Assembly (NCBI GenBank): GCA_023515725.1
Contig: JALDTO010000146.1
Coordinates: forward strand, 62,001 to 126,000
Origin: Amoeboaphelidium protococcarum X5
Taxonomy: Eukaryota > Fungi > Aphelidiomycota
Length of the DNA stretch: 64,000 nucleotides
Direction: 5' to 3'
Shown here piece after piece: positions 13,621 to 25,705 of this stretch. Every line of letters begins with the position of its first letter. Position 1 is the stretch's first letter. The notes under the pieces are model-generated. The model was not told where the DNA came from. It worked only from the letters and a program-made list of their open reading frames with translations, and searched no databases. The position numbers were made by a program, and so were the translations under genes.

Positions 13621-14727
13621 ATGCCTGAAGCTGCAGCTGATATTAATTTGAGTAAAGTGAGGGCGTAAAATGCGAAATTGCCTCTTGATTTACCCGCAGG
13701 TTGTGCAGATACAGCGAGAAGATTGAATATCAGCGGTAATCATTTGAGCTCAGCGAAGGATCACGATATCCTGCACAAGATCGGTTAATGTCATAGATTG
13801 TCTTGGCTTAATATATCAGATAACAAGATATCCAGTCTCGAGTTTTTACGTGCGTTGAAGTAGCTATCCGTGTTGAATGTATCCCATAACAAGATTACTC
13901 AGCTGCCGATTTATTTGTAGAATCTGCCGTAATTGAAAGCTCTGATTATGAACGATAATTAGATATGCAAAATTGAATCTAGTGTATTTAGCACTTGCCC
14001 TGAACTTAACACTATTGTATTATCGAATAACAGTCTGAATGATGAGAGCCTGGCTGTAAGTATGGATGATTAGACGCGTGGTGTATTTGGTGCGGTGAAG
14101 CATTTGAAAAAGCTGAGTCTCTCCAATAATAAACTCAGCTCTTTCCCTCTTAGTTTGGATGCTAATGTGGAATTGAAAGAACTCAGACTTAGTCATAATA
14201 AGATTAAGGTTCAGGAGCCTCTTGGATATACAAATGCTAGTCTTGACATTTTGGATCTTGGTAGTAATGATATCACCACTCGAGAAGAATTGGAACTGAT
14301 TTCCCAAGCGTTCCCTTTGTTGCGTCAATTGAATCTTAAAGGTAATCCTGTTATGGAAATGTTATAGACTAATGATAGTGGATAGACTATCAAGTAAGTG
14401 ATTACGAGTTTTTTTTCAAAGCTTCGCGTCTTTAATGGTGAGAGACTGGATGAGCGGATTGGTAAGAGAAAGCATGCTTAAATTCTGAGTGAAGCTGCCA
14501 ATCAAAAGGCTGATAAACGCGAAGAATCTGGCAAAAAATAATTTCAAAAGCCGTAAAGTTAATTCAAACGAGGTGATGTTAAGTCTGAGCGCAAGAGGAG
14601 GACTGATGGTCCGAGAGCACAACGCTGTGAGAAGTCCGATAAACGCGGTGACACACAACCACCGAATAGAAAGCACAAGACTAATAGGGATGATACAAGT
14701 TCAAAGAAGGACTCGTTCTTTTTATGA
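13621..14727 (+). CDS. Leucine-rich repeat protein with LRRcap and basic C-terminal tail
   Basis: Repeated LxxLxLSxNxI motifs (LSWLNISDNKI, LSVLNVSHNKI, LKKLSLSNNKL, LKELRLSHNKI), cap LRQLNLKGNPV...LRVFNG, and a K/R-rich tail. Confidence 0.85.
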
Positions 14728-14795
14728 TTAAATGAATATTATTGTCATCATTAGATGTTTGATAAATTACAAAATACACTCTCTGGCAACTACTT

Positions 14796-15956
14796 TCACA
14801 GACCAGAAAACGTCGCGTTGATTACAAGCTCGTTTGCTTTATTGAAGGTATCAACAAAGTCCTTCTAACACAACGACTGAATTTCCGCGTCAGTATTGAC
14901 ACCGCTACAAAATTGACATCCCATGAAATGTTTCACAAATGGATACTTTCGCAGTGAGCGATTTAGTCTCAGTTCATGTGGATCAATAGATAATTAATCC
15001 AGAGGCAGATCTTTCCAGTAACCATTCAAGATAAATGATCGTTCTAAATACGTCTTGGCACGAGACTCCTCAGGCCTCCAATAGTTGAGGTTATAAGCGA
15101 ACCCATTCTAATCGAACATAGCCCAAGAGTATTTCGATAGACGACTTTTCATTAACGCTTCATACTTCTTACCATTTTGGTGACCGTATTGACATGTTTC
15201 ATTGAAGAACGCGCGAGACCATTCAGAGTTTCTCACCAAAAAGACACCCGTATTCAATCCCATATGGCTATCGCCCTCTTCATACAGCTACTTTTCTTGG
15301 CCCCAGAGAACTAGATCTTTGCCGACATATCTATCAAAAGAGAGTACGAAATTCACATCCATAATAATTGAGTCATAGTCAATCCACATAATCCACTCGT
15401 ACTAAGACTAGGATTTGAGTAAATCGCGTATGAGCGCGACTTTGTTCCACGCGCCCACCAAATTCACGTCGCTCAGGTGCGTTGACATGTAAAAATCATA
15501 TCCGTGCATCCTTGCATAATCTTATTTATTCTTTATCGATAGCATCGTCAAAAAATCTCCCTCGTGTAATTTACACGGTTTTGGAGCGATGCCAGTTACG
15601 ATGAGCATTCTATTGCTGGCGGCTGTGGTAGAACTTAATTGTTTCAAGTCATTCGAAATATCTGCATCGTCTTCAGTCCGAGCATCAGAGCCGGCGGAGG
15701 TCCAACTTTGATACTGCTTATACAAGTAATTAGATGATTCTTGGGATTAAGACGTTCTTCTCTTACTAAGGCTAATTCTACTTTTAATTACAGCCGCCGT
15801 GTTCTTCGTTCTCTGCATCGCTTTCAATGCAGCATTTCTTGTCGTTGGATCTAGCGCAGGCCCATGTTGCAACTTAGGTAAAGGTAGAAGCAACCACAAA
15901 ATGACGATAAACAAGCACGGCAGCAATCCAACTCTTGATGGCTGAGACATGCCCAT
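14796..15956 (-). CDS. Glycosyltransferase family 34, type II membrane, plant XXT/GMGT-like
   Basis: N-terminal TM helix; LIVTGIAPKPCKLHEGDFLTMLSIKNKQDYARMHG, WNKVALIR, EWIMWIDYD (DxD), GLNTGVFLVRNSEWS, DQ, LNGYW, PFVKHFMGCQFC. No introns. Confidence 0.9.
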
Positions 15957-16128
15957 ACACAAAATTAAAGAGGATCGGTAATGTAAGAAAATTCAAGCTG
16001 AGTGTCAAAAAAGAGTTATTGCACAAAGTTGGGAGCGAAAATCTCAACGCTGAAACATGAATACAAAATTTCGCAGTTTCACCTTCTCAAAAGGGAAATG
16101 TCACTCATTAGTCATCGACTGCAAGTAA

Positions 16129-17217
16129 TCATTAGTTATCATCAACATTCAAGAAGGCTACACTATACCCAAACATTTATCGAACACTTGGAGGGAGTTT
16201 CTGATTAGATTTATTCAAATCTTGCTTTACTCTTTGCAATTGATCCGATGCGATTTTAATTATTTCAGTTGAGATCTCAGATTCAGTCAAATTGACTTCT
16301 CTATAGAGGATACGAGGCGATGAGAGCAACTTCATTTATCTGCTGAAGCTTATCAGAGAATCCCATTACAATATCCATATCTCTACAGCCTCGGTATCTG
16401 AGCATAAAGCAAACTTACTGTCATTGTGAGCGTCATATAGTTCTCTCATGCGCAGAAGAACCGATTAAAGTTGGCTAATCTTGCACTCAGAGCTATTCCG
16501 ATTTCTAATCAGAACTTGGCTAATGTCTATGGAAACTTCAATGCCTTATTCACCATTTCGCTCGAATTACTAAGACTTTGCAAATTGATACCCACATTAT
16601 TTACAGCTCACAAAACCATTACTATTACTATCAGTATTGCCGAGAGATATAGCGGACGCGTCAAGATTATCAACGTGCATCAAAACTCGACTACTGGCCA
16701 CAAGAACAGCTCCACTACGTGCATGAGCATCAAATTCCTGTACTTTCTTAAGATCTTCTTTTGGATGACACACCCAACACTCAATTAACTCGTGCCAATA
16801 CTCTGGTGGAAGAAGTCGTGCTTTATTGAATAATCGCGATCTTTCAGGTGGTGTTAACCTCTATTGACATTATATGCAATGCATGGAAGTGCATTATTTC
16901 AATAATTCGAGACACTGATTCTCGCTTAACATGCAATCTTAATACTCCAACGCTGATATATCAGAGGCAACTTCAGCCTGGATATGTAACTCTGAATTTA
17001 GTATTTTAAAAGTCGCGGTACTGGATACTATAGCCAAGTCTTTGATGTCATCCAAAATCATTATAGAATCCGATTCGTCTATTAACATCAATCTATGGCC
17101 TACCAATTTCAATTTAAGATCAGACACGTTAGCATTAACACCATATCCCCTAACTATAATATTCAACTTTTAAATGTTCTTTAACACTTCTATAAAGACC
17201 AACATATCCGCAGTCAT
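16129..17217 (-). CDS. Ipa1/UBE3D (HECT_2 family) E2-binding protein
   Basis: FIEVLKNIQ at the N-terminus, CxxC, LLPPEYWHELIECWVCH, a second CxxC, and C-terminal LNKSNQKLPPSVRQMFGYSVAFL. Confidence 0.78.
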
Positions 17218-17306
17218 AACGAGATTTGATATACTAATAATCAACAAAACTCAATTTAATACTTCTTTAGTTTTTTGCGCTGATAAAATATAGTAGAGGA
17301 AACAAA

Positions 17307-17822
17307 ATGTTGATGCTAAGTAGAAAGCGACTATTAACGTAGAGCAGGAGAATGATGGACAGTAATGTCTTGAATAGTCTAAATGTATTCTAGTCCATCT
17401 AGTAGGGAAGTAAAGATGATCCAATGGTTCCAAAGTTGCCGATGGTTACGCGCGTCAAAAACGATGGATTCGTGATTGGAAATATCGATATGCTGGGAGG
17501 TGTGATGTTATTGAATGGCGGTATATTTTGCTGGGATGTATCCACACATAAATAGCTTACGCCCGATACTTTGGCTGTACTAAAGCTGATATCAGATCCA
17601 CCTGAGATTCTCATCATTGGTACAGGCAAGTCCATGTATCCGATTAATCCGTCCCTGTAGCAAATGTTGTCTAAACTTGGAATCTAGCATGAAGTTATGA
17701 ACTCCAAGTAGGCGTGCTCTACCTACAATATCCTGGTCGAAGAGGAGCGAAGAGTTGCTGCTGCGTTAATTCCGAATATTCCAGTATCTGCTCGTCAACT
17801 CAATCTTCCTAAAGACAGATGA
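17307..17822 (+). CDS. NDUFAF3: NDUFAF3 / Mth938-domain complex I assembly factor
   Basis: Mitochondrial-type leader; GGIFCWDV, PPEILIIGTG, GIQHEVMNSKQACSTYNILVEEERRVAAALIP. Confidence 0.88.
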
Positions 17823-17881
17823 ATGACGTTCGAGTTAAAAATTGAAATATGTGATTATGTTAAAGCTTTTAATCTAAAATA

Positions 17882-18862
17882 TCATTTTTAATTAGTTTAC
17901 TCTATCATGAAGTGTGATAATGCGTCGCGTTCAATCTCGTGCAACTGACCAGGTAGAATGAGACAGTGTAAAGGTGGACCAAAGTCAAAATCAATCAACT
18001 GATTAACCGTTCCAGCTCTGATTACCTGCGATTCCGATCCTAGTCTTGCAATTCCAACCACCAAAGTGTCGCTACTTATGACTCCACACTGTCGCTCCTA
18101 CTCAATCTCCATCAACTGCTAGAGCGCTTAATTTACAGTCATAAATCGAGGTGGTTCGTAGATATTTCTACCACGAGCCAAATTCTCGATACTCTACTCC
18201 TTGACTTTGATATCAAGTAGACATAATGTATGCAAGCTGCTGACTTACTAGCTCTCTGACGCGTACTGAGTCCAACGCATATTACCCAGAATCTTATCAT
18301 AAAAACTACTGGGTTTCCATGTATCAGTAAAGAACGGTATGGACACTGTCAATCCGTAGTTGTATAGCTATAAGCCACACGCGCCAATAGCATTCATTAC
18401 AGAAGCATTGTGGATAGACTTTACAGCGATGCCTAGATTCTGAGCACGAAGAACCAAGTCTGAGTGAGTTGTTGCTCCATAAGGGTCGCCAACCACCAGG
18501 AATGCCACGTCGACCGAATCTGCGTCTTTCAAGATTTCATCAGCCTACTACTCCACCATATCTCTATCGGCCAATATAACTTTCTTTCCATAAAACGCTT
18601 CCTACATTTATCAAACATCTTTTAGATACTCACGATACAAGAACAACGATAGCTTACCAGTCTTGCTTAGTCTACTAGTAGAATACTAGTGTAAGCCTCC
18701 AAGTAGACGCGTTCACATTTTTGTACAGCCTCCAATCCTTTCACTGTGATATCTACACATACGTGATAGTCATCATAGCGATACGCGTCTATTAGCTTTT
18801 ATGATATTTATTTGATACCTACCTTTTTCATCCGCTAGTCCAAGTCCAATAATATAAAGCAT
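17882..18862 (-). CDS. DPH5: Diphthine methyl ester synthase; introns 18753-18822 and 18602-18657
   Basis: [13 protein letters not shown]|[10 protein letters not shown]...[46 protein letters not shown]. Confidence 0.95.
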
Positions 18863-18995
18863 ATTTCAACAACTGTGAGCAAATGTCGTTTTGCCTTACA
18901 AAGATCAAAGTAGTAAAGAATTTGAAAATAGATCGAGTAGAAAGCCTCATCAAATACGCAAAAATTATACTGAATAAAATTACAAATTATGAACA

Positions 18996-20291
18996 TCATT
19001 TCTAAATTGCAGATCTTATGCCTTCCAAGTCGTTCTAAACGTCCCTCGACTCTAGTGGATTCAATCTGGAAGGCAGAGGCATCTTGCTAATCTTCTTCTT
19101 TGATTATGCCACTGGCGCGTTATTACCATCATACTAAGCCGGAAAATTCGAGTTTTATTGAACATCCTTGTTTATATTTGAATTAGCATATCGAAGTCTC
19201 CCTTTCAAATCCAAGTATTGATAACTAGAACTCCTAACTATCGACGCATTGTCTTCAACAGCGGAGCGCGCAATATTAGACTAGGCAGCCGCATTCGATT
19301 TCTATACTGTAGAGATAGTGCTGCCATTATTTCTTTATTAAGTCTCATTAAGCCGTGGCTGTTGAGAATCGAGAAAGCCAGGATTGCCTAGACGCGTTGT
19401 TCCATAATTATGATTAACACTCTATCGACTGGAACTTCGCAAACTACGACGATTGGCGGATAGCACCGAAGAGTTTTATTGAGTAGCCTTCGTCTCCGCC
19501 TCATTCATAGCAGAAAAGATGAAGCTTCCATCACCTTCATTAGAACTCTATCTAGCTTCTTATAATGCCAAATCAGAACCAACAGTATCATGCTTCCATT
19601 TCTTGGGTGATTGATAGCCCGCCTCATCGTTGACTACGCTATCAGCAACAACACTCTCAAATCCCTCTGCCGATGAAGACCTCCTCCGCTTCGCTGTATT
19701 ATCCACAGTGCCAGCTAAAGAAGCATATATATTTTCTTATGACATTACCAACTGCGAATCCTCAGATTTTTTGGACCAAGATCGGGGTGAAATAACAGGA
19801 AGAAAAGGAACGGGTAATTAACCAGAGCTCAGAGCAGCAACAGAAGAGTGACTACGGATAAATAATGGCCTTCTTGGTGCACTTCGCTAAGCAGGAGCAG
19901 GCAGTGGGATAGGCAGCGTAGTCTTTTATGGCTTCCCTTAATTCAGATTACGCAAATCAATCATGGATTAAGCAGTTCGCAACGTTTGAATGGCTTCAGA
20001 ATCTTCGTGACCACGCTACTGCAATACTTTCGGGTAGGATGATAGTTGGACCAGAGATTAGGAGGTACTCACCGTAGGCATAACCGCCGTATATGGAAAC
20101 GGATACATGGATTACCGTGATATCGAGCGCGAAGTTGTTGCACTTGTTGAGGCAGAAGTACCGGATTATGACGAGGAAATGTGAGCAGTATCCGGGATTT
20201 CCAATTGCTATCCAAATTCCTGTTATTAAGAACTGCAATCATTATTACGCAGTGATTCTTCACTTACTTAATTGATGTGATCAGAAGGCAT
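18996..20291 (-). CDS. Hypothetical Ser/Pro/Gln-rich disordered protein (about 431 aa)
   Basis: ATG at 20291 and TGA at 18996-18998 are in the same table-6 frame. Low complexity, no recognised domain. Confidence 0.6.
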
Positions 20292-20596
20292 ACTGCATCC
20301 AAATACAATACAAAATCTATTTATACAGAGAGCGTGCGCTTGATGTGTTTGAGTTGTTTCCAAAATTAAATCAATCACCTGGTGTGAAAATAGAAACTGT
20401 TGCGAAGCGCTTGGCCTCTGTTCGGCCGCTCCCGTTACCAAGCAATGGTTGAAGTAAACAACTATGAAACCAATCGTTCTTAGTCAAGTACTTTATTTTA
20501 CGTAAGCATGATTCTTGTTATACTGAATCATTACGACAGAAACCGCAAGAGCCGTGTTAGAAAGCTGTCCATATTCACAGACTTCCCATCGTATAT

Positions 20597-21558
20597 TCAG
20601 TCCGACTCACTCAGTGCACCCAGGGTCGACTTGAATTGTTTCGCTCTGACATTTCGTTTCGGCCATTGGGTGATTGGCATTTTCTTCTAAGTAGACTGCT
20701 TCTGTACAGCTTATTGGACTTTTTGAAACTCGGATTCTGCTTTAGACCACTGTTGTCGAGTCTCTTGCCAGTTAGATACGCTATTGCTCAATAACGCGTC
20801 AGTCTTGCTGTGATAATCACTGATCAAAGTTGAGCATTCTCTGATCTTTTCCAACATGATCTGCATTTACTCATTACATGTAGTTTCAAATTGTGATATT
20901 TCTTTCACTGTAGTTTCCTACATATCAAAGCGTTATCATGTACTACAGTATGTACAAGAATGCTTGTAATGTCTTACCATTAATTCTTTCTGTTGCAGCA
21001 GCAGACTCTTGAGAACTTATTCCAGCTTTTGATCTAGAGCCTTCATTTAGCCAATGCTCTTCTCATTCGACTTAATTACTGACTAAAAGTGAATCTAGTC
21101 TGCAACCAGAACTCTCTTATCAGCATTGACACGCTCAGTTTATAGGCAGTACGTAGAGTTTTGACGCGTCAAGTCACGTCCATTGATCATATACTTTTAA
21201 TGGATAAGTCTGTATCTTTCACCATTTATACTGAACATACCTTGCTGAAAATTGATGCAATATTTAGTTTACTACTGTCAACAGTATTCGATTAGCAAAG
21301 AATAGCTATCCTGAATATACTGAAACAGGAATGATTGAGAAACATGATCACTTTGCGTGTCTCTGCTGACCTCCTTGAGATCTGGATCGCAAGTCCACAA
21401 TTGGTATTGGTGATTCTTCCCTTGCAATGCAAAAGTGTTTCCGCCGGCTTAGAACCTTCAACAATCGTTACCAGAGATTTCTTTTCCATGAACGGACACT
21501 TTTCAATGCAGATAATTCCTCCAACGGTTGTAAACTTTCTTTTGATATCAGTCACCAT
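20597..21558 (-). CDS. Hypothetical protein with C-terminal coiled coil; two introns
   Basis: Exons join via a tentative GTATGT...AAAAG intron near 21195-21240 and a GTAAGA...ATGTAG intron at 20918-20977. An in-frame upstream ATG at 21666 is also possible. Confidence 0.5.
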
Positions 21559-21757
21559 TATTATTTTAAATGTGCAATACAAATCCGAGAGTTGATGTTG
21601 CGATTGATGTAGACTTGAAACGAGGTATTATCTCGGCTTCTCCTTTGATTGAACTGAAAATTTCATGAGCGCCGAGATTAAGTGAAACGGGCGTTTCAGT
21701 ACGGTGACAAACCGATCGGAGAAGTGAACGTGATTTAAGCTAAATAGTGAGAATCAC

Positions 21758-22094
21758 TGTTCAATGAAAGCGCAGTATTTGAAAAGGTTTACAATGGTTA
21801 AAAGAAGGGGAACTACCTGACGGCAGCCACTCTATCACAGAGCGAGTAACTCGATCCAGAGCGAGGACATCATCACGATGCAGGAACTCTATCACAGAGC
21901 TAGTTACTCTATCACAGAGCTAGTTACTCTATCACAGAGCTAGTACATTGCCAGATCAGGAGGTTATAACAGAGCAGGAGCATTGTCGCCAATGTGGAAT
22001 TATCGATAAGAAGAAGAGAAGAGAGGAGAGCGGAAGGCCGATGGGAACTTGTGGAGTTGAACAAACAAACAAACAATCACACTCTGTGATAACA
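21758..22094. mobile_element. Putative solo LTR or non-autonomous TE remnant
   Basis: TGTT...AACA termini, internal tandem repeats, TATA-like GTTATAAC, GA-rich tract and (AAAC)n. No target-site duplication found. Confidence 0.35.
21829..21944 (+). repeat. 20-bp tandem repeat ACTCTATCACAGAGCTAGTT, three near-perfect copies plus two upstream variants
   Basis: Copies start at 21886, 21906 and 21926; variants at 21829 and about 21849. Confidence 0.9.
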
Positions 22095-22708
22095 AACAAA
22101 CCAACTATGCCTGCACAACGACATGAAGGCGAAATCATCAATTTGAGCTGAACTACCGCTTAACTGATGATATATAAGTCCAAATATTCCCGATTAAAAC
22201 TGCAGTAGTTCTGCAGACCGTCACTGTGTAGCCAGCCTTATGTAGTTTGCGTGAATCCTCAGTATGGAGTACCGGCTCACTACAGCATGTATCATCAGGA
22301 CAATCACATGTTTAGTTTCTTTCACGCCGGTCACATCCCGATGCTCTGAACTGGTACGTTGTGATGTGTCAATCAAAACACTATAGACAATAGTAAACAT
22401 GAGTTTGAGCTTAGACAGAAAGCCGGTGAGAGACGGTTGAAACGCAGCAGTGTCTCAGTGATATCAGAACGCGCCTTTAGAGCTCCATATTGCCGTGAGT
22501 GGAATGTCACCATCATTGACAACCAAATCTCTCAATGTACTTGAGTAAATTACATCCCTGATTACCTGTTAAACAAGCGCCGAGTAGATGTCGTCGTCGC
22601 CATACATTGCACGCTTGCGTGTCTCTGTCAAGCTTTCGACCATCCTCACGCACTTCAAATCGCTTGATCGCACTTTCTTTGCAGCTATCCAGTAAGATTA
22701 AAGTAACA

Positions 22709-23123
22709 ATGGACGGTCTTAAAACGTTTGTCGATAGTAAGATTTTAACTTGACACTGAGTAAATGTAACCCGTTATTCTGTAGAATAAGTCATAGTGAT
22801 TACATATGATGGAAGATTGTTGGTTGGGCAACTTGTCGCCGTGGATGCGCAAAGTAATATCGCGATTGGTGACGCTATAGAACGGTTGTTTTCTCTTGAA
22901 GATGAGATGCAATTAGTCCCTCTTGGAACTTAAATTATAAAGTCTACAAACGTGTAAGAATTATATAGAATGTAGTATAAATATGTTTTTAACGCGATTT
23001 TCAGATTTAAAATGTAGTGCAACTGTGAGCTTAATAAATGAAGACGTGGATTCGCGGTAGAAATGGTAGCACGTCAAAGCTGAAATCTAATCTTTCCACC
23101 AATTGAATTTAGGAAATAAATGA
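22709..23123 (+). CDS. LSM8: U6 snRNP Sm-like protein LSm8; introns 22737-22784 and 22954-23017
   Basis: MDGLKTFVDKQVIVITYDGRLLVGQL...ERLFSLEDEMQLVPLGTQIIKSTNVATVSLINEDVDS...VKAE is colinear with LSm8. Confidence 0.82.
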
Positions 23124-23190
23124 TGTTAAATATACAAAAGTATCGTGTAAATGTAAAATAAATAACAATTAAATCTACTCATCTATTTAT

Positions 23191-24033
23191 TCAATGTTCA
23201 TTTTATCTTGCTTGCTTCTCTGACGTTTAATCTCCATCACCACCCTGTTTAGAAAGCACTTGAGTAATGGCTCTTTATACATGCGTCTAAAAAGTACCGG
23301 GAGGCATATCATAATCTCGCCTCAACTAATTAAGAAGCGACGCACTTGGCTCATACTCCATCCAGTGGCCGCCTTTGAATGATTTAAGCCGTTACCCAAG
23401 TAGGAGATCCAAGTTCTAATAAGATTGGAAACTGTCTTCATCTATTCTCTCTTTCAAATGACAAGCGCCTCTATAAGCTTTATCATGCGAGTATAATCTG
23501 AACAAATTGTACATGAGAAACACGTTGGGGCCAGGTAGAATTCCTCCTAACATACTCAAAGGAATGCAATAGACAGATAATCGCCTATACTTTTAGTGAT
23601 ACGGTATTCTATAATCTAACATAGTTTACAATCGTGACTTTACAATCTTCTTATCGATCAACGATGGATACAAAATTCTAAATCCATAATCATTCACCTG
23701 GTCATCTACAGAGGCAACTGGACTGATCTCCTTCAAGAACCATTCATCCGCGTCAACTTTATTCATCAGAGCACTGCCATAAGAGTACAATTTGAATTTC
23801 CAAGATTTCTTGTTATCCACAGATCCATATTAGTGCCATTTGGTATGTGCCTTATCAGCATACTTATCAACCAGCATTCTGAATTTGAGCGAGAACGGAA
23901 CTTTACCGTTTCCACTAGACTCTGACTGCTTCTATGAACCCACATTCAATGCCACAGGAGAATTGGCACCAAAGAAATTTATAGCTTTATCTTTCACAGG
24001 CAATGCAAGAACAGTCCGTCTAATCATTGTCAT
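23191..24033 (-). CDS. Mitochondrial K+/H+ exchange-related protein (Mit_KHE1 family)
   Basis: KVDADEWFLKEI, ILYPS, RIPYHQKY and ILPGPNVFLMYNLFRLYSHDKAYRGACHL. Confidence 0.72.
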
Positions 24034-24405
24034 CCCTCTATACAAATCTACAGTTAAATGTCTTGCCTCTTTCTACGCGACGAGATCTTGTGTTTTAGCG
24101 ATCGACAAGGAGAGATAGCAGCAGTCACTCTCACTTATAGAAGAAGCGCGACATTGGCAGCAGTAGGAATCAGGAAACGGCGAGAACGTTCACGCGTCAC
24201 GTCGCCGGTCAGTCAGGAGAGAATCGATTTTCAGATTTTCCGGTTTCAGATTCACTCACCTCGCCGCTTACTCTTTGAGTGTCTCTGTGTCTTTGTTCGT
24301 GTGTCTGTCTAATAGAGTGAGTCAAACTTTCTCGGTGAAGACTCAACTACTATTATCTGCGCATTTTACATCACACTAGAATTCTAAAAAGCAATAGAAA
24401 ATACA

Positions 24406-25617
24406 ATGGAGAAGAGGGTCTCTAGTATATTCTGGCTCTCGCTATACTTCCTGTGCAATCTCACTCTCACCATCTACAACAAGGCTGTGATGCAGTTTAT
24501 TGGTTTCAAGTTCCCCTGGGCTATCACTGCTATCCACACCTTCTTCAGGTATGATTATACATTTGCTTTCTGTAAATTGTCTCATCCTCATACTATTTGG
24601 AACGTGATTTCATGTCTTTGTAATTTAGTGTAGTGCGCTGGGTTGTTTCATCTGTGTTTACTGGCTGGGCATGTTTCGGCCATCGCATCTGTCCATGAAG
24701 GAGAACATTGTCATGGCTTTATTCTCCGTTCTATACACTGTGAACATTGTAAATATTTATTTTATATGTGGAGACTTTATAGAAGCTTATATATCGCGAT
24801 TTTGTATGTGTAGGCCACTTCCAATATATCTCTTCAACTAGTCACAGTGCCGTTTCATCAAGTGGTTCGTGCTACAACTCCCGTGTTTGCCATTCTACTC
24901 TCTGTTCTATTTCTGAAGAAGAGGTATAGTCTATAGATATATTTATCCCTTCTGCCCGTGATTATGGGCGTGGGATTGGCCACCATGGGCGAGTACAATT
25001 TCAGTTAAACCGGTCTGATTTTGACTCTGTTGGGGACATTTCTTGCTGCCATGAAGACTGTGGTGACGAATGTAGTGCAGGTGGGATCGTTGAAACTTCA
25101 TCCGATAGACTTACTACTTCGGATGAGCCCACTCGCATTCGTCCAGTGCCTTATCTTTGGCCACCTATCTGGCGAGAATTAGAAGTTGGCCGAGTTCATT
25201 TTTGGGAATCCTGCAGTGGACGCGCCTAGTCTGTTTACTCCAACTGTATTTTGGGCATTGTTCTTTAATGGTGTCATAGCTTTCATGCTCAATTTTGTCT
25301 CATTCACTGCTAATAAGATGACGAGTGCTCTTACAATGACTGTGGCGGCTAATATCAAGCAGGTGCTGTCTATCCTACTGGCCGTGTCGATATTTGATTT
25401 GACCATAACTTCACTCAATGGACTCGGCATACTAATCACTCTGGTAGGTGGAGCATGGTATACCTTTGTAGAGTTTTAGTCTAAACAAAAGTCTCTATTG
25501 CAGCAGTCTCAAATTAAGAAATTGTCAAAATCTGATGATCAATTGGATCATCTAAACACCAAATTATCACAAGATTCTACCAAGTTAATGATGAAAGAAG
25601 TGATGGTTGAGCCCTGA
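24406..25617 (+). CDS. Triose-phosphate/nucleotide-sugar transporter (TPT/SLC35E family); introns 24549-24633 and 24749-24813
   Basis: LYFLCNLTLTIYNKAV, FKFPWAITAIH, SNISLQLVTVPFHQVVRATTPVF, NFVSFTANKMTSALTMTVAANIKQ; multiple TM helices. Confidence 0.9.
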
Positions 25618-25705
25618 ATATAATTTTTCCATCGTTTCGACTTTAAAATATAATTAACCTGCAACTTGCAGTCATGTAAAACAATGATATGTAACACAGG
25701 TATAT

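Noticed and set aside
21829-21944. CRISPR array, or tet-operator-like array (ACTCTATCA prefix shared with tetO)
   Set aside because: The units are head-to-tail with no unique spacers, there are no cas genes and the context is eukaryotic. The tetO palindrome's second half is absent.
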